IMG/VR virus record: IMGVR_UViG_3300013286_000501
Coordinates: 16,060 to 80,059 of that record
DNA: 64,000 nt
Source of the DNA: a virus
Reading direction: 5' to 3' (one strand)
Below the pieces are notes generated by a model. That model saw only the letters and a list, made by a program, of their open reading frames with translations. It was not told the DNA's origin and did not search any database. Shown here piece by piece: positions 47,503-60,121 of this stretch (the first letter of the stretch is position 1; each line of letters begins with the position of its first letter). The translations under genes were made by a program, and so were the position numbers.

Positions 47503-48321
47503 TTAGTCGTCTGAAGCGTTTGCTCCGCAACGGGCCTTCTTCGCCTTGGTCAACGCACCGAAGTCAACTGGCCATTCTGCACCAGGTTGTAGTTCTTTAG
47601 CACCTGCTGGATATGCATACTTAACACCAGCAGCGGTTTCAATCTGTGCAATAGGTAAACGGAACTTGGTCAAGTCATTGCCTAGATTAGGATACGGAGC
47701 TACGTGTGGGAATGCCCATCCAGCAACTTCATTAGTTTGATTGTTGATAACAATCTTGTAGAAACCATGTGGAACAACTACGCCAGTACCGATCTTTTTA
47801 TCGTTAGCATCATAGACACCGCCTACATAAACTGTATAACTTTGGTTATGTTGTACAGTCCATCCACGTACACTAGTTTCAAGTAATTTCCAAATGCCGC
47901 GATTTAATGAACCTGCTTGTGGGCTCATGTTGGTCATTAGGAAACTTTCAAACTCTACTTGTACATCCCACGACAAGTCACCATCTGGACTCATGTGTCC
48001 TTTGTCATAACCTGTGCCTGCATAGTCATCAGGACGAGCACCGTTCGGCACTGACTGATCAGCTACGAACGCATTAGTACGAGCAACACAGCCAAGGGCG
48101 TTTTGCGGTAGTAATTGATATGTAACAAACTTTGGAAGTTTGGCAGGTGCATCATAGCCTACTAAATAGGCCTGACGGCAAATAGGCTGAACGCCTAATG
48201 TTTGTGGGAAGCCATATGGTGCGTGAACAGCACAGGCCTGAACCGGATTTGGAGCACGTTGTGTCCATGCATGTGCTAGGCCAACAGCCATTAGCATCAA
48301 TGCGGCGAATAATTTTTTCAT
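47503..48321 (-). CDS. Secreted DNA/RNA non-specific endonuclease (NucA/EndoG family)
   Basis: Signal peptide; YDKGHM, FLMTNMSPQ...LNRGIW. Confidence 0.92.
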   Translation of the reverse strand: MKKLFAALMLMAVGLAHAWTQRAPNPVQACAVHAPYGFPQTLGVQPICRQAYLVGYDAPAKLPKFVTYQLLPQNALGCVARTNAFVADQSVPNGARPDDYAGTGYDKGHMSPDGDLSWDVQVEFESFLMTNMSPQAGSLNRGIWKLLETSVRGWTVQHNQSYTVYVGGVYDANDKKIGTGVVVPHGFYKIVINNQTNEVAGWAFPHVAPYPNLGNDLTKFRLPIAQIETAAGVKYAYPAGAKELQPGAEWPVDFGALTKAKKARCGANASDD

Positions 48322-48351
48322 AGCAGTCCTTTAATTAACTGCTATTATTTA

Positions 48352-49017
48352 TTATCTACGCATGAAATGGTAATATCTATCCATCTCTGTTCTATAGACA
48401 AATGTATAACCTTGTGCTGTTAGCCATTGATCTACTTCTGCGGTAGTAGTGTCAAAGAAGCTACGCTCAACAATGATCCCAGGATGGAACTGATTGATAG
48501 TGTCGGCTGCACCCTGTAGTACTTCTAGCTCGTGTCCCTCTACATCTAGTAATATTAGCGAACAGGCCGTTAAAATCAACCTATCAATAGTAGTCACAGG
48601 CACATTGATATGTTGTTGCACAGGAATAGGATAAACTGGTCTGGACTCGTTCAATATTCTATGCTGTCCACTAGTGCCCACTTCTTCTAATACCAGTGTG
48701 CCTATAGTTTTTCCCAATGCAGAATTAAACTTGTGTATGTTGGCTTTATTACAGTTGGCTAACAGACATTCAAAGTTTGCAGGGTGTGGTTCAAACGTGT
48801 AGACCGTATCAAATATGTTACTCAAACATCTAGGATACAATCCCTGATGCCCACCTGCTTGCACCACTGTATCAAATTCTAATGTAACACGATCTAGATT
48901 GCTGCGTATTTCGTGCCAACCTTGCACTATGATGTCCCAAGTTTCCTCACCTTGTCTAACATCACTGACAGCCCAAGGACCTGTATTGTCTACAAGTTGA
49001 TCACGGGTATATATCAT
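48352..49017 (-). CDS. FkbM-family methyltransferase
   Basis: QAGGHQG, FEP, LDVEGHELEVLQGA. Confidence 0.85.
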   Translation of the reverse strand: MIYTRDQLVDNTGPWAVSDVRQGEETWDIIVQGWHEIRSNLDRVTLEFDTVVQAGGHQGLYPRCLSNIFDTVYTFEPHPANFECLLANCNKANIHKFNSALGKTIGTLVLEEVGTSGQHRILNESRPVYPIPVQQHINVPVTTIDRLILTACSLILLDVEGHELEVLQGAADTINQFHPGIIVERSFFDTTTAEVDQWLTAQGYTFVYRTEMDRYYHFMRR

Positions 49018-52000
49018 CTTCTAACAAAGTGGTAATCACCATCCGGACCATTGTTGCTGAAAATGCCACGGCAGTCGTAGCCAATGGAATCCATGTAGGC
49101 AATGACTTCATCACGTTTAGGAGCACCTTTGTTATAGTCAATGACCTGTAGTTCTAGGACTATGTGTTTGACAGTTTGCAGTGTTTCGAGCGCACCTTTC
49201 AGCACATCCATTTCTGCACCCTGCACATCCATCTTGATCATGTCCGGATCTGGAAACTGCTTTAATCTACGAACTGCATCCAGTGTGACTGTGCGTAGTC
49301 TACGTCTGTGAGATTCGTTGAAGTAGTTGACTGTCTCTGGATTGACTTCTTCGTTTTCTTTGTAGTAGCTGTTGCCACCCGGATGATAATCGTTTTGGTA
49401 GAAGTCAACTTCCTTGCCGCTGACATCGCTTAACACACCCATGTGATATTTTAGTCCACGTTCTTGGTATAGGAACTCACTGGCATCCATAGCTTCAAAG
49501 GCAACAAACTCGGCCCGGTCCCAAATACGTTGGGCTTCATTGGTCCAGTGTAGAACACAGGCGCCAATGTCGTAGATCACTCTGGGCTCGAATCCTTCGT
49601 TCTTTAACTGTATCAAATACTCAACGTGATCACGTGGAATTAGTCGTTGACTGCCTAGGTCTCTCAAACGTGCTTTGATATCAATTACAGGTGCCTCTTC
49701 TATTGCGGGGATGGCAGTGTCCACGTTGAATGTAAAGCTGCCTGTATGGCTGCACAGCACATTGGGATCTGCCCAAATCTTAAATCCTTTGTCTCGGGCT
49801 TTCTTACAGAAGTCTACATCTTCTGATACAGTGTTTCTATGCTCAATAGCACTGTAATACTTAAACTGCGGATAACCTATATCACGTAGGACTTCCGCTT
49901 TGACCAATGCGCAGCCAAAGCCGCATCCGGCAACTTCGACTAGATTGCGTCCTTTGAGTTTAGGATAAGGCATATTGACTACACCGCCATTCTCATTAGG
50001 CTCGTATATTTCCAGGATGTGTAATCCGGGCTTACGCTGTATATATAGTCCGCTAACAACATCTACATCATGTGACAACAGGCGTTCTAATGTATTGGAA
50101 GGAAAACTGATGTCGCTGTCTACGCTGAATAGATAATCAAAGCCTTTGACTACCCAATCAGCAATTAGGTTTCTTACTTGGTCAATATTATATCCATAAA
50201 AGTATTGGAATGTGGCTTCATATCCTTCGGGTATCTTTAGGTCATAGATACTTTTAAAAGTTTCGGGCTCAATATTACGAGCCGTTGGAATTGCTATCAG
50301 TATCTTTTTTTTAGATGTGTTCATTTTTTTAATAATTGTCTGTGCGTTGACATTTTGCTCTACTGCATTGACCTTGTAATCATTCAACGGACTAGCATCA
50401 TTGTAGTTATACACTATGTCTTGGAGGCATTTAACTTTGTTAGGATCGGCTGCTTCTATTAGCGCATAGAATATACTGCCATCCCCACCAGCTTTAAACC
50501 AACGACCTTCTGCATCTTGGAACATGCTGTCATCGATATCATTTAACAACGACTTCTTAAATGTGCGTAAGTGTGTATAGGGCAAGATCCAGTTGAAGTG
50601 ATGATTCCTATACTCTCTATTCTGTTTTACATGTTCAGGATAGGGTTGGCTGATTAACGGAATGTCATCAACCATACTCCAACATGAGCCATAGGTAAAT
50701 TCAGTGGTTCCATCATAGACTGTGTTGTAGTAAGAAAACACTGTGTTGTCATTGATCAAGCTATCATCGCCATCGAGCAACATAACAATGGCACGGTCAT
50801 CAACTAGTGCTCGAATATTTTCTATTTGATTTCTAACAGCACCTACGTTTGTGCTATTTGAGATAACTGTATATTTCTTTCTGATATCTTCGGGTAAAAT
50901 GGCTATTAGTGCATTTATTATTGCCAATGAGTTATCAGTTGAACAATCATCAATTAATATATGTCTGTAGTTATCGTAGTCCTGTGTGGATACACTGGCA
51001 ATACACTTGGCAATATATTCAGCGCAGTTGTAGAAGGGACTGACAACAACAATCTCTTGTTCTGTATTTGTTTTGTAGTCCTCTAGTTCAACGGTATTGT
51101 GGAATTTTCGATTGTAGATTTTATGCACTCTACGATTAATTTTGGCAACAGTTTGATACTCATCACGTTTTAGATATCTACCTAAACTCTTCACCATCAA
51201 TTGTTTCCACTGTAAGGCCACACTGTCCCAACCTGCTGTATCTTTGACAATGTTGCAGTAGTATTGTTTCTGTTGATGTAGATAAGGGTTGCGATATGCT
51301 TCTACTGCTGTCTTAACAAACTGTTCAATCTGTTCAGGAACGCTGATGTCCGGAAACAGGCTATTGGGTTCAATAGCATAGTCAATTAGGTAGCAGGCAC
51401 CTTCGATGGCAATTTCTTCCAGGGCTCCGAATCTGCAGGTCACGATGGGTGTATTGTAGCACAGACTTTCCATTGAGGAGATACCGTAGGTCTCCGGGAA
51501 GGCTGCTGGATACAACATGAAGTTGGCTTCAGTTAGTATATCCGCAATTTCTCGTTGTGATATAACACCTGTAAATTCTATGCCCTGCTGGGCCAGTTTA
51601 GGATCAGCAGCCATCTCACGCCAATCTTTTTCCTGTTGGTCGGGCTCACTGCTGGTGCTGAATCTGTAGTAGCCTCCGATTACTTTTAGACGGGCTTCGG
51701 GGATGTGATTCTTAATGTGTGGCCAAATCAATTTAACCAACGGAATCATACCCTTGGTCACTGATGCATTATAGACAAACAAGTTTTTATCTTTGGCCTT
51801 GATGTCTACTTCCGTATTGTAGATACGAACACCGTTGCGTGTGATAAAGAATTTATTCTTCAATACTTCAAAGTTACGTCTACGTCCGTGATTGCAGTTG
51901 GCAACATAGGTTAGATGGAAATCACTTAATGTAAAGATGTTGGTAATGCGATTGTCTAATGCCAGTTCTTCAATTAGATTATCACCTAGGCAGAACGTGT

Positions 52001-52382
52001 CGTGCATCCATAAGATACGCATTTTAGCCGTGGCCAGTATCCTATTGTATAGATCCATATTTTGGAATGGCTGCGATCTATAGTCGTTTAGTTTTGGGTA
52101 GTCTTCCGGACGGGTAAATGGTATAACTGTGCGCGAGCTTATGACAACGTCAAAGTAATGGTCATTGGCCAGTTCAGTTAGTGGGCGGTAGGTCACATTG
52201 TTGTATACGCCCGCTTGTGCATGGTCAATGTTGCAGTTGTTGAAAACGGTGACATCAAATCCAATTTGGGCAAGTTCCCTGCTCATTAGGATAACAGCAC
52301 TTTCGCTGCCACCTAGTCCTTGTTTATCCACTGTGGTTCCATCATATGGAATACCAATAATATCAATAATAGCGATCTTCAT
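49014..52382 (-). CDS. Multidomain GT4-GT2-GT2-FkbM fusion
   Basis: GLGGSE/ETYGI (GT4); IDDCSTD/LDGDD (GT2); VDSDI/SEDVDFC (GT2); YDIGA/KMDVQGAE (FkbM). Confidence 0.85.
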   Translation of the reverse strand: MKIAIIDIIGIPYDGTTVDKQGLGGSESAVILMSRELAQIGFDVTVFNNCNIDHAQAGVYNNVTYRPLTELANDHYFDVVISSRTVIPFTRPEDYPKLNDYRSQPFQNMDLYNRILATAKMRILWMHDTFCLGDNLIEELALDNRITNIFTLSDFHLTYVANCNHGRRRNFEVLKNKFFITRNGVRIYNTEVDIKAKDKNLFVYNASVTKGMIPLVKLIWPHIKNHIPEARLKVIGGYYRFSTSSEPDQQEKDWREMAADPKLAQQGIEFTGVISQREIADILTEANFMLYPAAFPETYGISSMESLCYNTPIVTCRFGALEEIAIEGACYLIDYAIEPNSLFPDISVPEQIEQFVKTAVEAYRNPYLHQQKQYYCNIVKDTAGWDSVALQWKQLMVKSLGRYLKRDEYQTVAKINRRVHKIYNRKFHNTVELEDYKTNTEQEIVVVSPFYNCAEYIAKCIASVSTQDYDNYRHILIDDCSTDNSLAIINALIAILPEDIRKKYTVISNSTNVGAVRNQIENIRALVDDRAIVMLLDGDDSLINDNTVFSYYNTVYDGTTEFTYGSCWSMVDDIPLISQPYPEHVKQNREYRNHHFNWILPYTHLRTFKKSLLNDIDDSMFQDAEGRWFKAGGDGSIFYALIEAADPNKVKCLQDIVYNYNDASPLNDYKVNAVEQNVNAQTIIKKMNTSKKKILIAIPTARNIEPETFKSIYDLKIPEGYEATFQYFYGYNIDQVRNLIADWVVKGFDYLFSVDSDISFPSNTLERLLSHDVDVVSGLYIQRKPGLHILEIYEPNENGGVVNMPYPKLKGRNLVEVAGCGFGCALVKAEVLRDIGYPQFKYYSAIEHRNTVSEDVDFCKKARDKGFKIWADPNVLCSHTGSFTFNVDTAIPAIEEAPVIDIKARLRDLGSQRLIPRDHVEYLIQLKNEGFEPRVIYDIGACVLHWTNEAQRIWDRAEFVAFEAMDASEFLYQERGLKYHMGVLSDVSGKEVDFYQNDYHPGGNSYYKENEEVNPETVNYFNESHRRRLRTVTLDAVRRLKQFPDPDMIKMDVQGAEMDVLKGALETLQTVKHIVLELQVIDYNKGAPKRDEVIAYMDSIGYDCRGIFSNNGPDGDYHFVRR

Positions 52383-52427
52383 GCTATTAATTATACACTC
52401 GTTGAGTGTATAGTCAATGATATTGGA

Positions 52428-55400
52428 TTATCGTGGTTTAGGTGGCGTCGTAGGTGGCGTAAAGGCAGTAATGTAACGTACTGTACCATTAGCAAACCGT
52501 AGATCGTCGATATAGCCATTCCAAAAATCAGTGGGTGTATTGGAATCTGTTGCTCCTACAAGCACCGGAGCGTTTGAAATACCAATTGTACCAGATGCAG
52601 TACCCGTAGTTGCATCTACAACGCCATTTACAAATAATCTCACCGTCGTGCCAGATCTAGTAACAGCAACATGAGTCCATTGATTGGCTGAAACTGTTGT
52701 TGTAGTACCGGTTAATGTATTAGTAACGCCAAGATACCATACCAATACTAATCTGCTTGACACTACTTTAAAAATGAATTGTAGATTTGATGTCGCCCAT
52801 CGAGAGATAATAGAATTATTAGCACCGTTAAGTGTAGAATAGACCCATGCTTCAATAGTAAAATCACCAGTCATGAGAAACGCTGGGTTGCTAGGTATAG
52901 TCAAATAATCCCCAGCACCATCAAAATACATAAGACTAGAATTATATTTCTTAATTGTAGTAGTCAATGATCTAGCATCGCCTACTGTGGATAGATTACT
53001 CTGCATACTGGCATCGGTGACCGCAGCATCAGTCATGTTTAATAACAATGCAGTGTTAGGTGCTGCCCGTAATGGTGCAGTTGTTGGTGTAAAGTTAGAA
53101 GTGTAAAGTGCAGTACCGTTAATGACACGAAAATCAGATAGATAGAATACTCCTGAGCTACCATCCGGTCCTATAATTCTATTGGCTGTACCAGCATAAT
53201 TATTTGTGTCGGCCGCAGAAAAAACTTGCACTCCATTAATAAATCCTTTTGTCACTGAACTAGCTCTGGATATTGCGATGTGCGTCCATGCATATAATGG
53301 AACTGTTCCGCCGGTTTGTAGATTACTGCTGTTAAATTGCCAATATAGAGCATTACCAAATACTACGACTCCCCAAGAACTCGGTATTGTATAGGAAATA
53401 TTCTGAGCCGATGCCGATGCATATATCCAACATTCGACTGAAAAGTCTCTAGTACCAAACACTAAAGCAGGAGTATTTGGCACATTCAAATAATCTCCCA
53501 CTGCATTAAAATATGTACTGCCGCCAATAACACCTTTGTTATAGCCTTGGTTAGGGAATGGAGTGAATCGACTTATACTAGGGGTACCTGCTGTGGTAAA
53601 GGTAGAAGTATTGCTAATAGTAACTCCACTGACATCGTTAAATCTGTTTGAGGCACAGGCTAATAAAAATATATTTGCTGGTAGGTTAAGTGGTAGAGTA
53701 GGAGCAGTAAATGATGTAGTATAAAGTGCTGTCCCTTTTAGAATACGCAGATTGGATATATAACCATTAAATGTGGAACCTGTGTTATCCCCAAATATTC
53801 TACCAATTGTTATAACCGGCGTAGCTGACCAAGTTGGTGATACACTATTTGTAAACACTGATACACCATTTAAATATAGTGTGTTTGTAGTGCCCGAACG
53901 CACAAAAGCAATATGTTGCCATGCATTAATAGTTATACTATTAGTTGTTGTATATACAGTAGTGTTACCGGCAACAAAAAATGTTAGCTTTGCAGCGGTT
54001 GTTACATATAGAGCAAACCCGGCGGCACTTGAACTAACTGTGGCATTAATGCCAATGATACCCTCTTGGGCCGCCACTGATGTTGTGTATATCCAGCATT
54101 CAATAGTAAAATCGGCGGTCAATTGATTTGCTGCCGATGCTGGCGATGTCAAATAATCCGTGCTACCGTTAAAGAATACACTCCAGTTTGCCCCATATGG
54201 TGAGAATGAGCCTTGAGCAGGAGTACCTGTGGGTGTTACTAAATTCTTAAACGGACCATAGTCGAAGACTGATGTGTTCTTGGCTGCGACTGATGTCTGC
54301 AGAGTCAACAACTGTGTAGCAGTTGTAGCAGTTAACGGTAAGGTTGGGACTACAAAGTTTGTGGTGTATAGGGCCTGACCTCGTATGATTCGAACATTTG
54401 ACATATAGCCAATAAAGACACTAGCACCACTAGCATCTGAACCAACTCTTACCGGACCATTATTGCCTAGCGTGGCTGCATTAGCATCAGTGGTTCCTAA
54501 TACAACACCGTTTAGATAACCTCTAATAGTTGTACCAACCCTTATAACAGACACATGTGTCCAAGCGTTGATAGGTATAGTGCCGCCCATTGTTACAGAA
54601 CCGCTGCCGAATATGTTAGTTACTAGCGCACCGTTTGTTATAACAATCACGTAACGAGAAGTAGCTTCAGTTCCAAGTGCTAATAAGTTAAAGGACCCAG
54701 TAACGTTGGTTGGATAAATCCACATCTCAATTGTAAAATCAGCGGTTAATGTAATATTAGATGTTGCAGTGGTTACAATTAAGTAATCCCCAGTGCCGTC
54801 AAAATATGCACTACCAATGTTGGTTGTCACAGCTCCTGTAGTATAACCAAACGGGTTGATATCCACAGCCTTTGCACCGCTCACAACTGTCAATGTATTA
54901 CTAAAGGTACTGACGTCGACTATTCTATCAGACTGAGCAGTTAGCAATACTGTAGCAGTAGTTGCGGTCAATACTGCGGTTGGTGGAGTAAAGTTACCTG
55001 GTGCAAATGAAATAGATCCAGTTGCTGTGAATATGTATACTATGTTGCCGCCAGTGTTGGCTATTGTAGGACTTCCAGTAACTGTCGCAGTTGAGATAGT
55101 GTTTGGGTGAGCAATGATTACTACACCGGATCCCCCCGCTCCACCACCGCCTTGACTATAATTGCCACCACCACCACCGCCACCTGTAAAAGATGTTCCG
55201 TTAGATCCCGGGGCACCACTAGTTGGCCCACCACCTCTTCCACCACCTCCAACGCCGCCAGATGCGGCAGGCGAACTTCCAGTGTATTGAGCACCGCTGC
55301 CGCCGCCGGCGAACCAAACTGTTCCACTACTAACTTGGCCAACACTTAAGGTAGTTGCCAATGATGTAGAAATAATAGATGTGTATGTACCAGCACCGCC

Positions 55401-58400
55401 ACCGCCTGATACGCCGCTGGCCAATCCGTCTACACCGGGACCGCCTGCACCACCACCGCCACCTGTTGGATATGAATTTAAACCCTTACCACTTCCACCT
55501 GCATTGCCCTGCCCGGCAGTTCCGGCCGCGCCCGGATAAGTTGTGTTGGTTTCACTCGATCCAGCACCACCACCCGATCCACCAATTGATGGAAGATTAG
55601 TACCGGCACCAATGTACGATCCGCCGCCACCTCCACCGATTGCAGTTATTGAAAGTCCGGCGCCTAAAATAACACTATTAGTGCCAGTTGAACCAGCAGC
55701 ATTATTTACTCCGGTAGCTGTGGCTCCTGCACCCACCGTGATAACAACTGTTCCACCAGATGAAATAGTAGCACTACTAGCTAATAATCCACCAGCACCG
55801 CCACCACCAGCAAGTGATCCGCCACCACCACCGCCACCTGCAACCACTAGGTAGTTAATAGGAACTGACACACTAAGTGGTAGCGGATATAATGCTGTGC
55901 CTTTTACAATACGCAGATTGGAGATATATCCCGGAATATAGAATGCTCCAGTATCAAATCCTCTACCAATATATATTGAATTATTTCCGTTGCTCCAGTT
56001 TGTAGAATCAGTTCCCGAATAATATGAAATTCCGTTAATGAATATTCTTAAAGTTCCACTAGATTTAGTAGCCGCAAAATGAAACCATGTGTTAGCAGTA
56101 GGCGTTATACCACTAGTTGCTACATGTGAAGTTCCGTTATACACAGTAAATGAATTTGGAAATGCTCCGCCGGCATTGAATACGTTAAATGCACCCGGGA
56201 TAGCAGTTCCCGAACCCCGCAAATCTAGGAATGTACCTTGCGTAGGAACGCTTGTTAAATATGCCCAAAATTCAACTGTCCAATCACCTGTTCCAAATAC
56301 TAGATTTGTATTTCCTGTAAATGACAAATAATCTGTATTACCATTAAAACTGATTGCATAACTGTTCGCTGCTCTAGTTATAGTGCCCGGAACCAGGAAT
56401 GGAGTATTCTGTGCAATCTGCGGAGTACCGGCTAGGGTTAATGTTGTTACTATAGTTGCATAACTTGTATCGATAAATCTACTGCTTTGAGCAGTTAATA
56501 GTGATGTAGTAGTTGTGATAGCAGCAATGTTTGTACCAGAATTCTGAGTCACAGTCAGTGGGGCTGTTGGGGGAGTAAATGTCCCAGTGTATACTGCGGT
56601 ACCTTTTACTACTCGTAGATTGGATATGTAACCATTAAGTGTAGAAATTGTGTTATCTCCATACATTCTACCAATTGTTATAACCGGTGTAGCTGACCAA
56701 GTCGGTGATACACTATTTGTAAACACCGATACACCATTTACATATAGCGTATTTGTGCTACCTAACCGGACAAAAGCAATATGTTGCCATGCATTAATAG
56801 TTATACTATTAGTTGTTGTATATACAGTAGTGTTACCAGCAACAAAAAATGTTAGTTTTCCAGTGGTCTCTATATATAGAGCAAAACCGGCGGAGCCTGA
56901 ACTAACTGTGGCGTTTATGCCAATGATACCTTGTTGAGTTGTTATTGAGTTTGGGTATATCCAGCATTCAATGGTAAAGTCGGCGGTTAGTTGATTTGAT
57001 GCTGCTGCCGGCGATGTCAAATAATCCGTGCTACCGTTAAAGTAGTTGCTATAATAACCGTGATTGTATGGATTAAATGTGTAGGGGCGTGTGTCGCCTA
57101 GAATAGATATCAATGCTGTGTTGGTGCTGGCATCAGTGACAAATGATGCAACGGTTGATTGATTGCTCAACAGTAATGTGTTGGATGTAAAGTTTGGATC
57201 ATACGGAACAGTATTAGGATTGGCTAGATATCGTATGATAACAATACCACTACCACCATTACCTCCGACAGTTGTAGAAGAGCCATTTCCGCCACCGCCA
57301 CCACCGGTATTTGGTGTAGCGGAGGCGCCATTGGAAGAGGCGCCGCCACCTAGACCACCAGCTAATCCAACACCACCACCAGCGCCACCGCCTGCGTAAT
57401 AGATAAGAGCACCTGCTAATGTATAAGGTAATCCTGCACCACCTGCACCACCTGCTGCACTGGCATTGGAACCAACTGCACCAGCGCCACCACCACCACC
57501 ACCATTACGATATGTGCTACTATCAGTACCACCTTGACCACCAGCATTACCTTGTCCTGCGGTGCCTGCGCCGCCAGCATAGTTGCCCGCGTTTAGATAA
57601 GCGCCACCGCCACCACCAGAACCGCCAGCACTACCGGGCAACGGACCAACACCACCTGCACCACCACCTAGTGTGGTTAGATAGGTAGTGTTAAATGGAC
57701 TCAGTGTATTAATACTGGGACTACCAGTAAGTGTTAAGTTATTTCCGCCAGCAGTATCTACAGGCACAGTAGATGCAGTTGTTGGGGCAATTAATAATAC
57801 GGTATTAGTGACAGATGTTAATGGAATTGTGCTCGGGGTAAATGTTGCAGTATATAATGCTGTTCCATTTATTATACGAAGATTGCTAATATATCCAGTC
57901 CAATAACTAGGTGTGCTCATTGCACCGACAGTAAGTCCTCCCTGTGATAAACTATAACCACTAGGAGTTCCACTAGTTGTAAATGCTGTAGAAACACCAT
58001 TAACAAATAGTCTCATTACGCCGGCGGCTCTAGTTACTGCAACATGATACCATGTTCCTGCACTAAAGGCAGTTGTTGTAACAACACTGAATCCGCCGCT
58101 ACTATGTGTTCCAAAGAATAATCCACCACCTGCAAAAGCAAACCACCATTTGTTGTTTGTAGATGAACCTAAAGCATCACTTTGGGCTATGGGTAAATTG
58201 GCACCAGGAGCCACCGAGCTATTGACCCATGCCTCAACGGTGAAATCACCTGTGCCAAAAGCAAATGTAGCATTACTTGCGGCACTCAAATAATTACTGC
58301 CGTTAAAGGCAACACTTGTGGCACCTGTTACAGATTGTAGAGAAAAAGAACTATTGCCACCGTTGGTAGCATTACCCCCACCGGCACCTACTGTAATAAT

Positions 58401-58703
58401 ATAGACACTGGACGCAGCAAATGTAAACGTGCTAGAATACAATAGACCACCTGCACCACCACCACCACCTCGGTTATCTTGACTTGCACTACCCGCAGAT
58501 CCACCACCACCACCGCCTGCTACCACCAGCATTTCTAATGATGAAATAGCTGTGGTTGCAGTCAGTATGCCCGATGATGTAAAGATGTGAGTATTGTAGG
58601 CAACTCCGTTAACGTAGGTTGCGGTAAATGTTCCACCGACCAATGTGCTGGCCGCAGGTGGAACGTATCTCTGGCGTTTGATGATGCCTAAATCGTAAGT
58701 CAT
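52428..58703 (-). CDS. Giant Gly-rich, multi-LamG (concanavalin A-like) fibre/receptor-binding protein
   Basis: 2091 aa; repeated DFTIECW...WxHIA...GYISNLR LamG units and VAGGGGGG...GGSGIVII Gly-rich domains. Confidence 0.85.
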   Translation of the reverse strand: MTYDLGIIKRQRYVPPAASTLVGGTFTATYVNGVAYNTHIFTSSGILTATTAISSLEMLVVAGGGGGGSAGSASQDNRGGGGGAGGLLYSSTFTFAASSVYIITVGAGGGNATNGGNSSFSLQSVTGATSVAFNGSNYLSAASNATFAFGTGDFTVEAWVNSSVAPGANLPIAQSDALGSSTNNKWWFAFAGGGLFFGTHSSGGFSVVTTTAFSAGTWYHVAVTRAAGVMRLFVNGVSTAFTTSGTPSGYSLSQGGLTVGAMSTPSYWTGYISNLRIINGTALYTATFTPSTIPLTSVTNTVLLIAPTTASTVPVDTAGGNNLTLTGSPSINTLSPFNTTYLTTLGGGAGGVGPLPGSAGGSGGGGGAYLNAGNYAGGAGTAGQGNAGGQGGTDSSTYRNGGGGGGAGAVGSNASAAGGAGGAGLPYTLAGALIYYAGGGAGGGVGLAGGLGGGASSNGASATPNTGGGGGGNGSSTTVGGNGGSGIVIIRYLANPNTVPYDPNFTSNTLLLSNQSTVASFVTDASTNTALISILGDTRPYTFNPYNHGYYSNYFNGSTDYLTSPAAASNQLTADFTIECWIYPNSITTQQGIIGINATVSSGSAGFALYIETTGKLTFFVAGNTTVYTTTNSITINAWQHIAFVRLGSTNTLYVNGVSVFTNSVSPTWSATPVITIGRMYGDNTISTLNGYISNLRVVKGTAVYTGTFTPPTAPLTVTQNSGTNIAAITTTTSLLTAQSSRFIDTSYATIVTTLTLAGTPQIAQNTPFLVPGTITRAANSYAISFNGNTDYLSFTGNTNLVFGTGDWTVEFWAYLTSVPTQGTFLDLRGSGTAIPGAFNVFNAGGAFPNSFTVYNGTSHVATSGITPTANTWFHFAATKSSGTLRIFINGISYYSGTDSTNWSNGNNSIYIGRGFDTGAFYIPGYISNLRIVKGTALYPLPLSVSVPINYLVVAGGGGGGGSLAGGGGAGGLLASSATISSGGTVVITVGAGATATGVNNAAGSTGTNSVILGAGLSITAIGGGGGGSYIGAGTNLPSIGGSGGGAGSSETNTTYPGAAGTAGQGNAGGSGKGLNSYPTGGGGGAGGPGVDGLASGVSGGGGAGTYTSIISTSLATTLSVGQVSSGTVWFAGGGSGAQYTGSSPAASGGVGGGGRGGGPTSGAPGSNGTSFTGGGGGGGNYSQGGGGAGGSGVVIIAHPNTISTATVTGSPTIANTGGNIVYIFTATGSISFAPGNFTPPTAVLTATTATVLLTAQSDRIVDVSTFSNTLTVVSGAKAVDINPFGYTTGAVTTNIGSAYFDGTGDYLIVTTATSNITLTADFTIEMWIYPTNVTGSFNLLALGTEATSRYVIVITNGALVTNIFGSGSVTMGGTIPINAWTHVSVIRVGTTIRGYLNGVVLGTTDANAATLGNNGPVRVGSDASGASVFIGYMSNVRIIRGQALYTTNFVVPTLPLTATTATQLLTLQTSVAAKNTSVFDYGPFKNLVTPTGTPAQGSFSPYGANWSVFFNGSTDYLTSPASAANQLTADFTIECWIYTTSVAAQEGIIGINATVSSSAAGFALYVTTAAKLTFFVAGNTTVYTTTNSITINAWQHIAFVRSGTTNTLYLNGVSVFTNSVSPTWSATPVITIGRIFGDNTGSTFNGYISNLRILKGTALYTTSFTAPTLPLNLPANIFLLACASNRFNDVSGVTISNTSTFTTAGTPSISRFTPFPNQGYNKGVIGGSTYFNAVGDYLNVPNTPALVFGTRDFSVECWIYASASAQNISYTIPSSWGVVVFGNALYWQFNSSNLQTGGTVPLYAWTHIAISRASSVTKGFINGVQVFSAADTNNYAGTANRIIGPDGSSGVFYLSDFRVINGTALYTSNFTPTTAPLRAAPNTALLLNMTDAAVTDASMQSNLSTVGDARSLTTTIKKYNSSLMYFDGAGDYLTIPSNPAFLMTGDFTIEAWVYSTLNGANNSIISRWATSNLQFIFKVVSSRLVLVWYLGVTNTLTGTTTTVSANQWTHVAVTRSGTTVRLFVNGVVDATTGTASGTIGISNAPVLVGATDSNTPTDFWNGYIDDLRFANGTVRYITAFTPPTTPPKPR
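53750..54174. repeat. Near-identical internal LamG duplication (partner about 56617-57042)
   Basis: About 425-bp copies with long identical DNA runs. Confidence 0.85.
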
Positions 58704-58707
58704 CGAG

Positions 58708-59070
58708 TTAAACTGTTGGGAATGTAACTGCTACCCAAGTTAGGGTATTTTCGTCCCATGTATAAGATGTATTTTCTGTTGGAGTGGGCATTGCTACAGG
58801 AGCAGTCCAAATACAGGTCTCTTCGTTTAAGATCCAGCTTGCGAATGGTTGTGGTGCATAAAACGCATCTCTAGTGCTATCGTATATATATCCAATACCT
58901 GCATAGTTTTTACGCAGTGGGCGCCCTTGAGGGTGCTGACCGGCATATGTATTATAACTAGTTTGTACCCAGTCACTGGGGCTACCTACTAATCCTGTAT
59001 CGATGAAATCTTGTTCTGCAACAATAACCTGTGTTACGATTCCATTTTCTACTTTTGCAAAATGACTCAT
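58708..59070 (-). CDS. Fibre-associated phage protein
   Basis: MSHFAKV...WVQTSYN...RKNYAGIGY...YTWDE. Confidence 0.7.
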   Translation of the reverse strand: MSHFAKVENGIVTQVIVAEQDFIDTGLVGSPSDWVQTSYNTYAGQHPQGRPLRKNYAGIGYIYDSTRDAFYAPQPFASWILNEETCIWTAPVAMPTPTENTSYTWDENTLTWVAVTFPTV

Positions 59071-59129
59071 TTGTATAATCCTTTTAGATGATCTTGTTAT
59101 AGTGTTATTTATAACAAGATATCTTCATA

Positions 59130-59366
59130 CTATTGAATTATTGCAGTCGAAGTCTCTTTATCAATTGTCATTGTGCCTTCGCAGGCAAAGTTCCAGTCAT
59201 CGTTTCCCAGTCCATCACCTGTAATTTCATCATGTACAGGAACGTTGATTTTAACGTGTTTAAATAGGTATTCTTTACCGTCCTGGAATACACGCCACAC
59301 GTGATCTCGTGTGCCACGTCCGTTTTGACCTCGACTTTTGTTAAATCTTATGTGGAACTTGCTCAT
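59130..59366 (-). CDS. Hypothetical protein
   Basis: IRFNKSRG...HVWRVF. Confidence 0.65.
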   Translation of the reverse strand: MSKFHIRFNKSRGQNGRGTRDHVWRVFQDGKEYLFKHVKINVPVHDEITGDGLGNDDWNFACEGTMTIDKETSTAIIQ

Positions 59367-60112
59367 ACAATCACTGGTGCATCAGATACGGGCTGCTGTT
59401 GCGGCGAATCAACTACTGTAATATTGAAATGGATAAATCTCACAGCTTTAGATGAAGCGTTTCTAGTTATTGAATGTGAAAGCCAACTGTTGGCAAACAT
59501 TAACAATCCAGGTTCCGGAACAAAGTTAATACTGCTACTGGCATAGGTAATATCAGTCATGTTAAGTTCGGGCAAATTGATCTGCTTTTTAGCCGGACGA
59601 GGATCGTGTATTAGAATACGCTGGCTGTCTTTGGGAACATCTAGGAAATAAAATCCAACAAGTTGAGATCCTAATCCATGTACATGTTCGTCCATTGCAG
59701 AATGTCTGTGATGCTCTTGACACCACATTTCCGTGAACACTACATTTTTAGTCCGCATATCGTGTCCCTGACTTTCTAATATGTTCCAACCAGTTGCACC
59801 AATGTAGTTGACAAATTCAACCATCCTGGGATCGTTGAACAGGTTATCTGTTTGATACAGTGGATAGATTGGATCCATCTTTGGCTGCTCTTTCTTTCGT
59901 TGAGTAAGAGCTTCAGTTGATACAGTTCTAACTGTATTCAAGTATTCTGGTTTCTTAATTGAATAGATATTAGTGGGAAAATACGAAGTGATCTCTAATT
60001 GATTGTTGGTGTCTGCAGAGGGCTCATAAGTGTCTCCTACAATCACAGGCCCATTATTTGCTAACTCTATGCTAGAATTTCCCACAAGTATAGAGTTATT
60101 GGTATCGTTCAT
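59363..60112 (-). CDS. 2OG-Fe(II) oxygenase-like (TIGR02466-type)
   Basis: HVH, DPRP, FANSWLSH, RFIHFN. Confidence 0.8.
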   Translation of the reverse strand: MNDTNNSILVGNSSIELANNGPVIVGDTYEPSADTNNQLEITSYFPTNIYSIKKPEYLNTVRTVSTEALTQRKKEQPKMDPIYPLYQTDNLFNDPRMVEFVNYIGATGWNILESQGHDMRTKNVVFTEMWCQEHHRHSAMDEHVHGLGSQLVGFYFLDVPKDSQRILIHDPRPAKKQINLPELNMTDITYASSSINFVPEPGLLMFANSWLSHSITRNASSKAVRFIHFNITVVDSPQQQPVSDAPVIV

Positions 60113-60121
60113 TATATTCCT

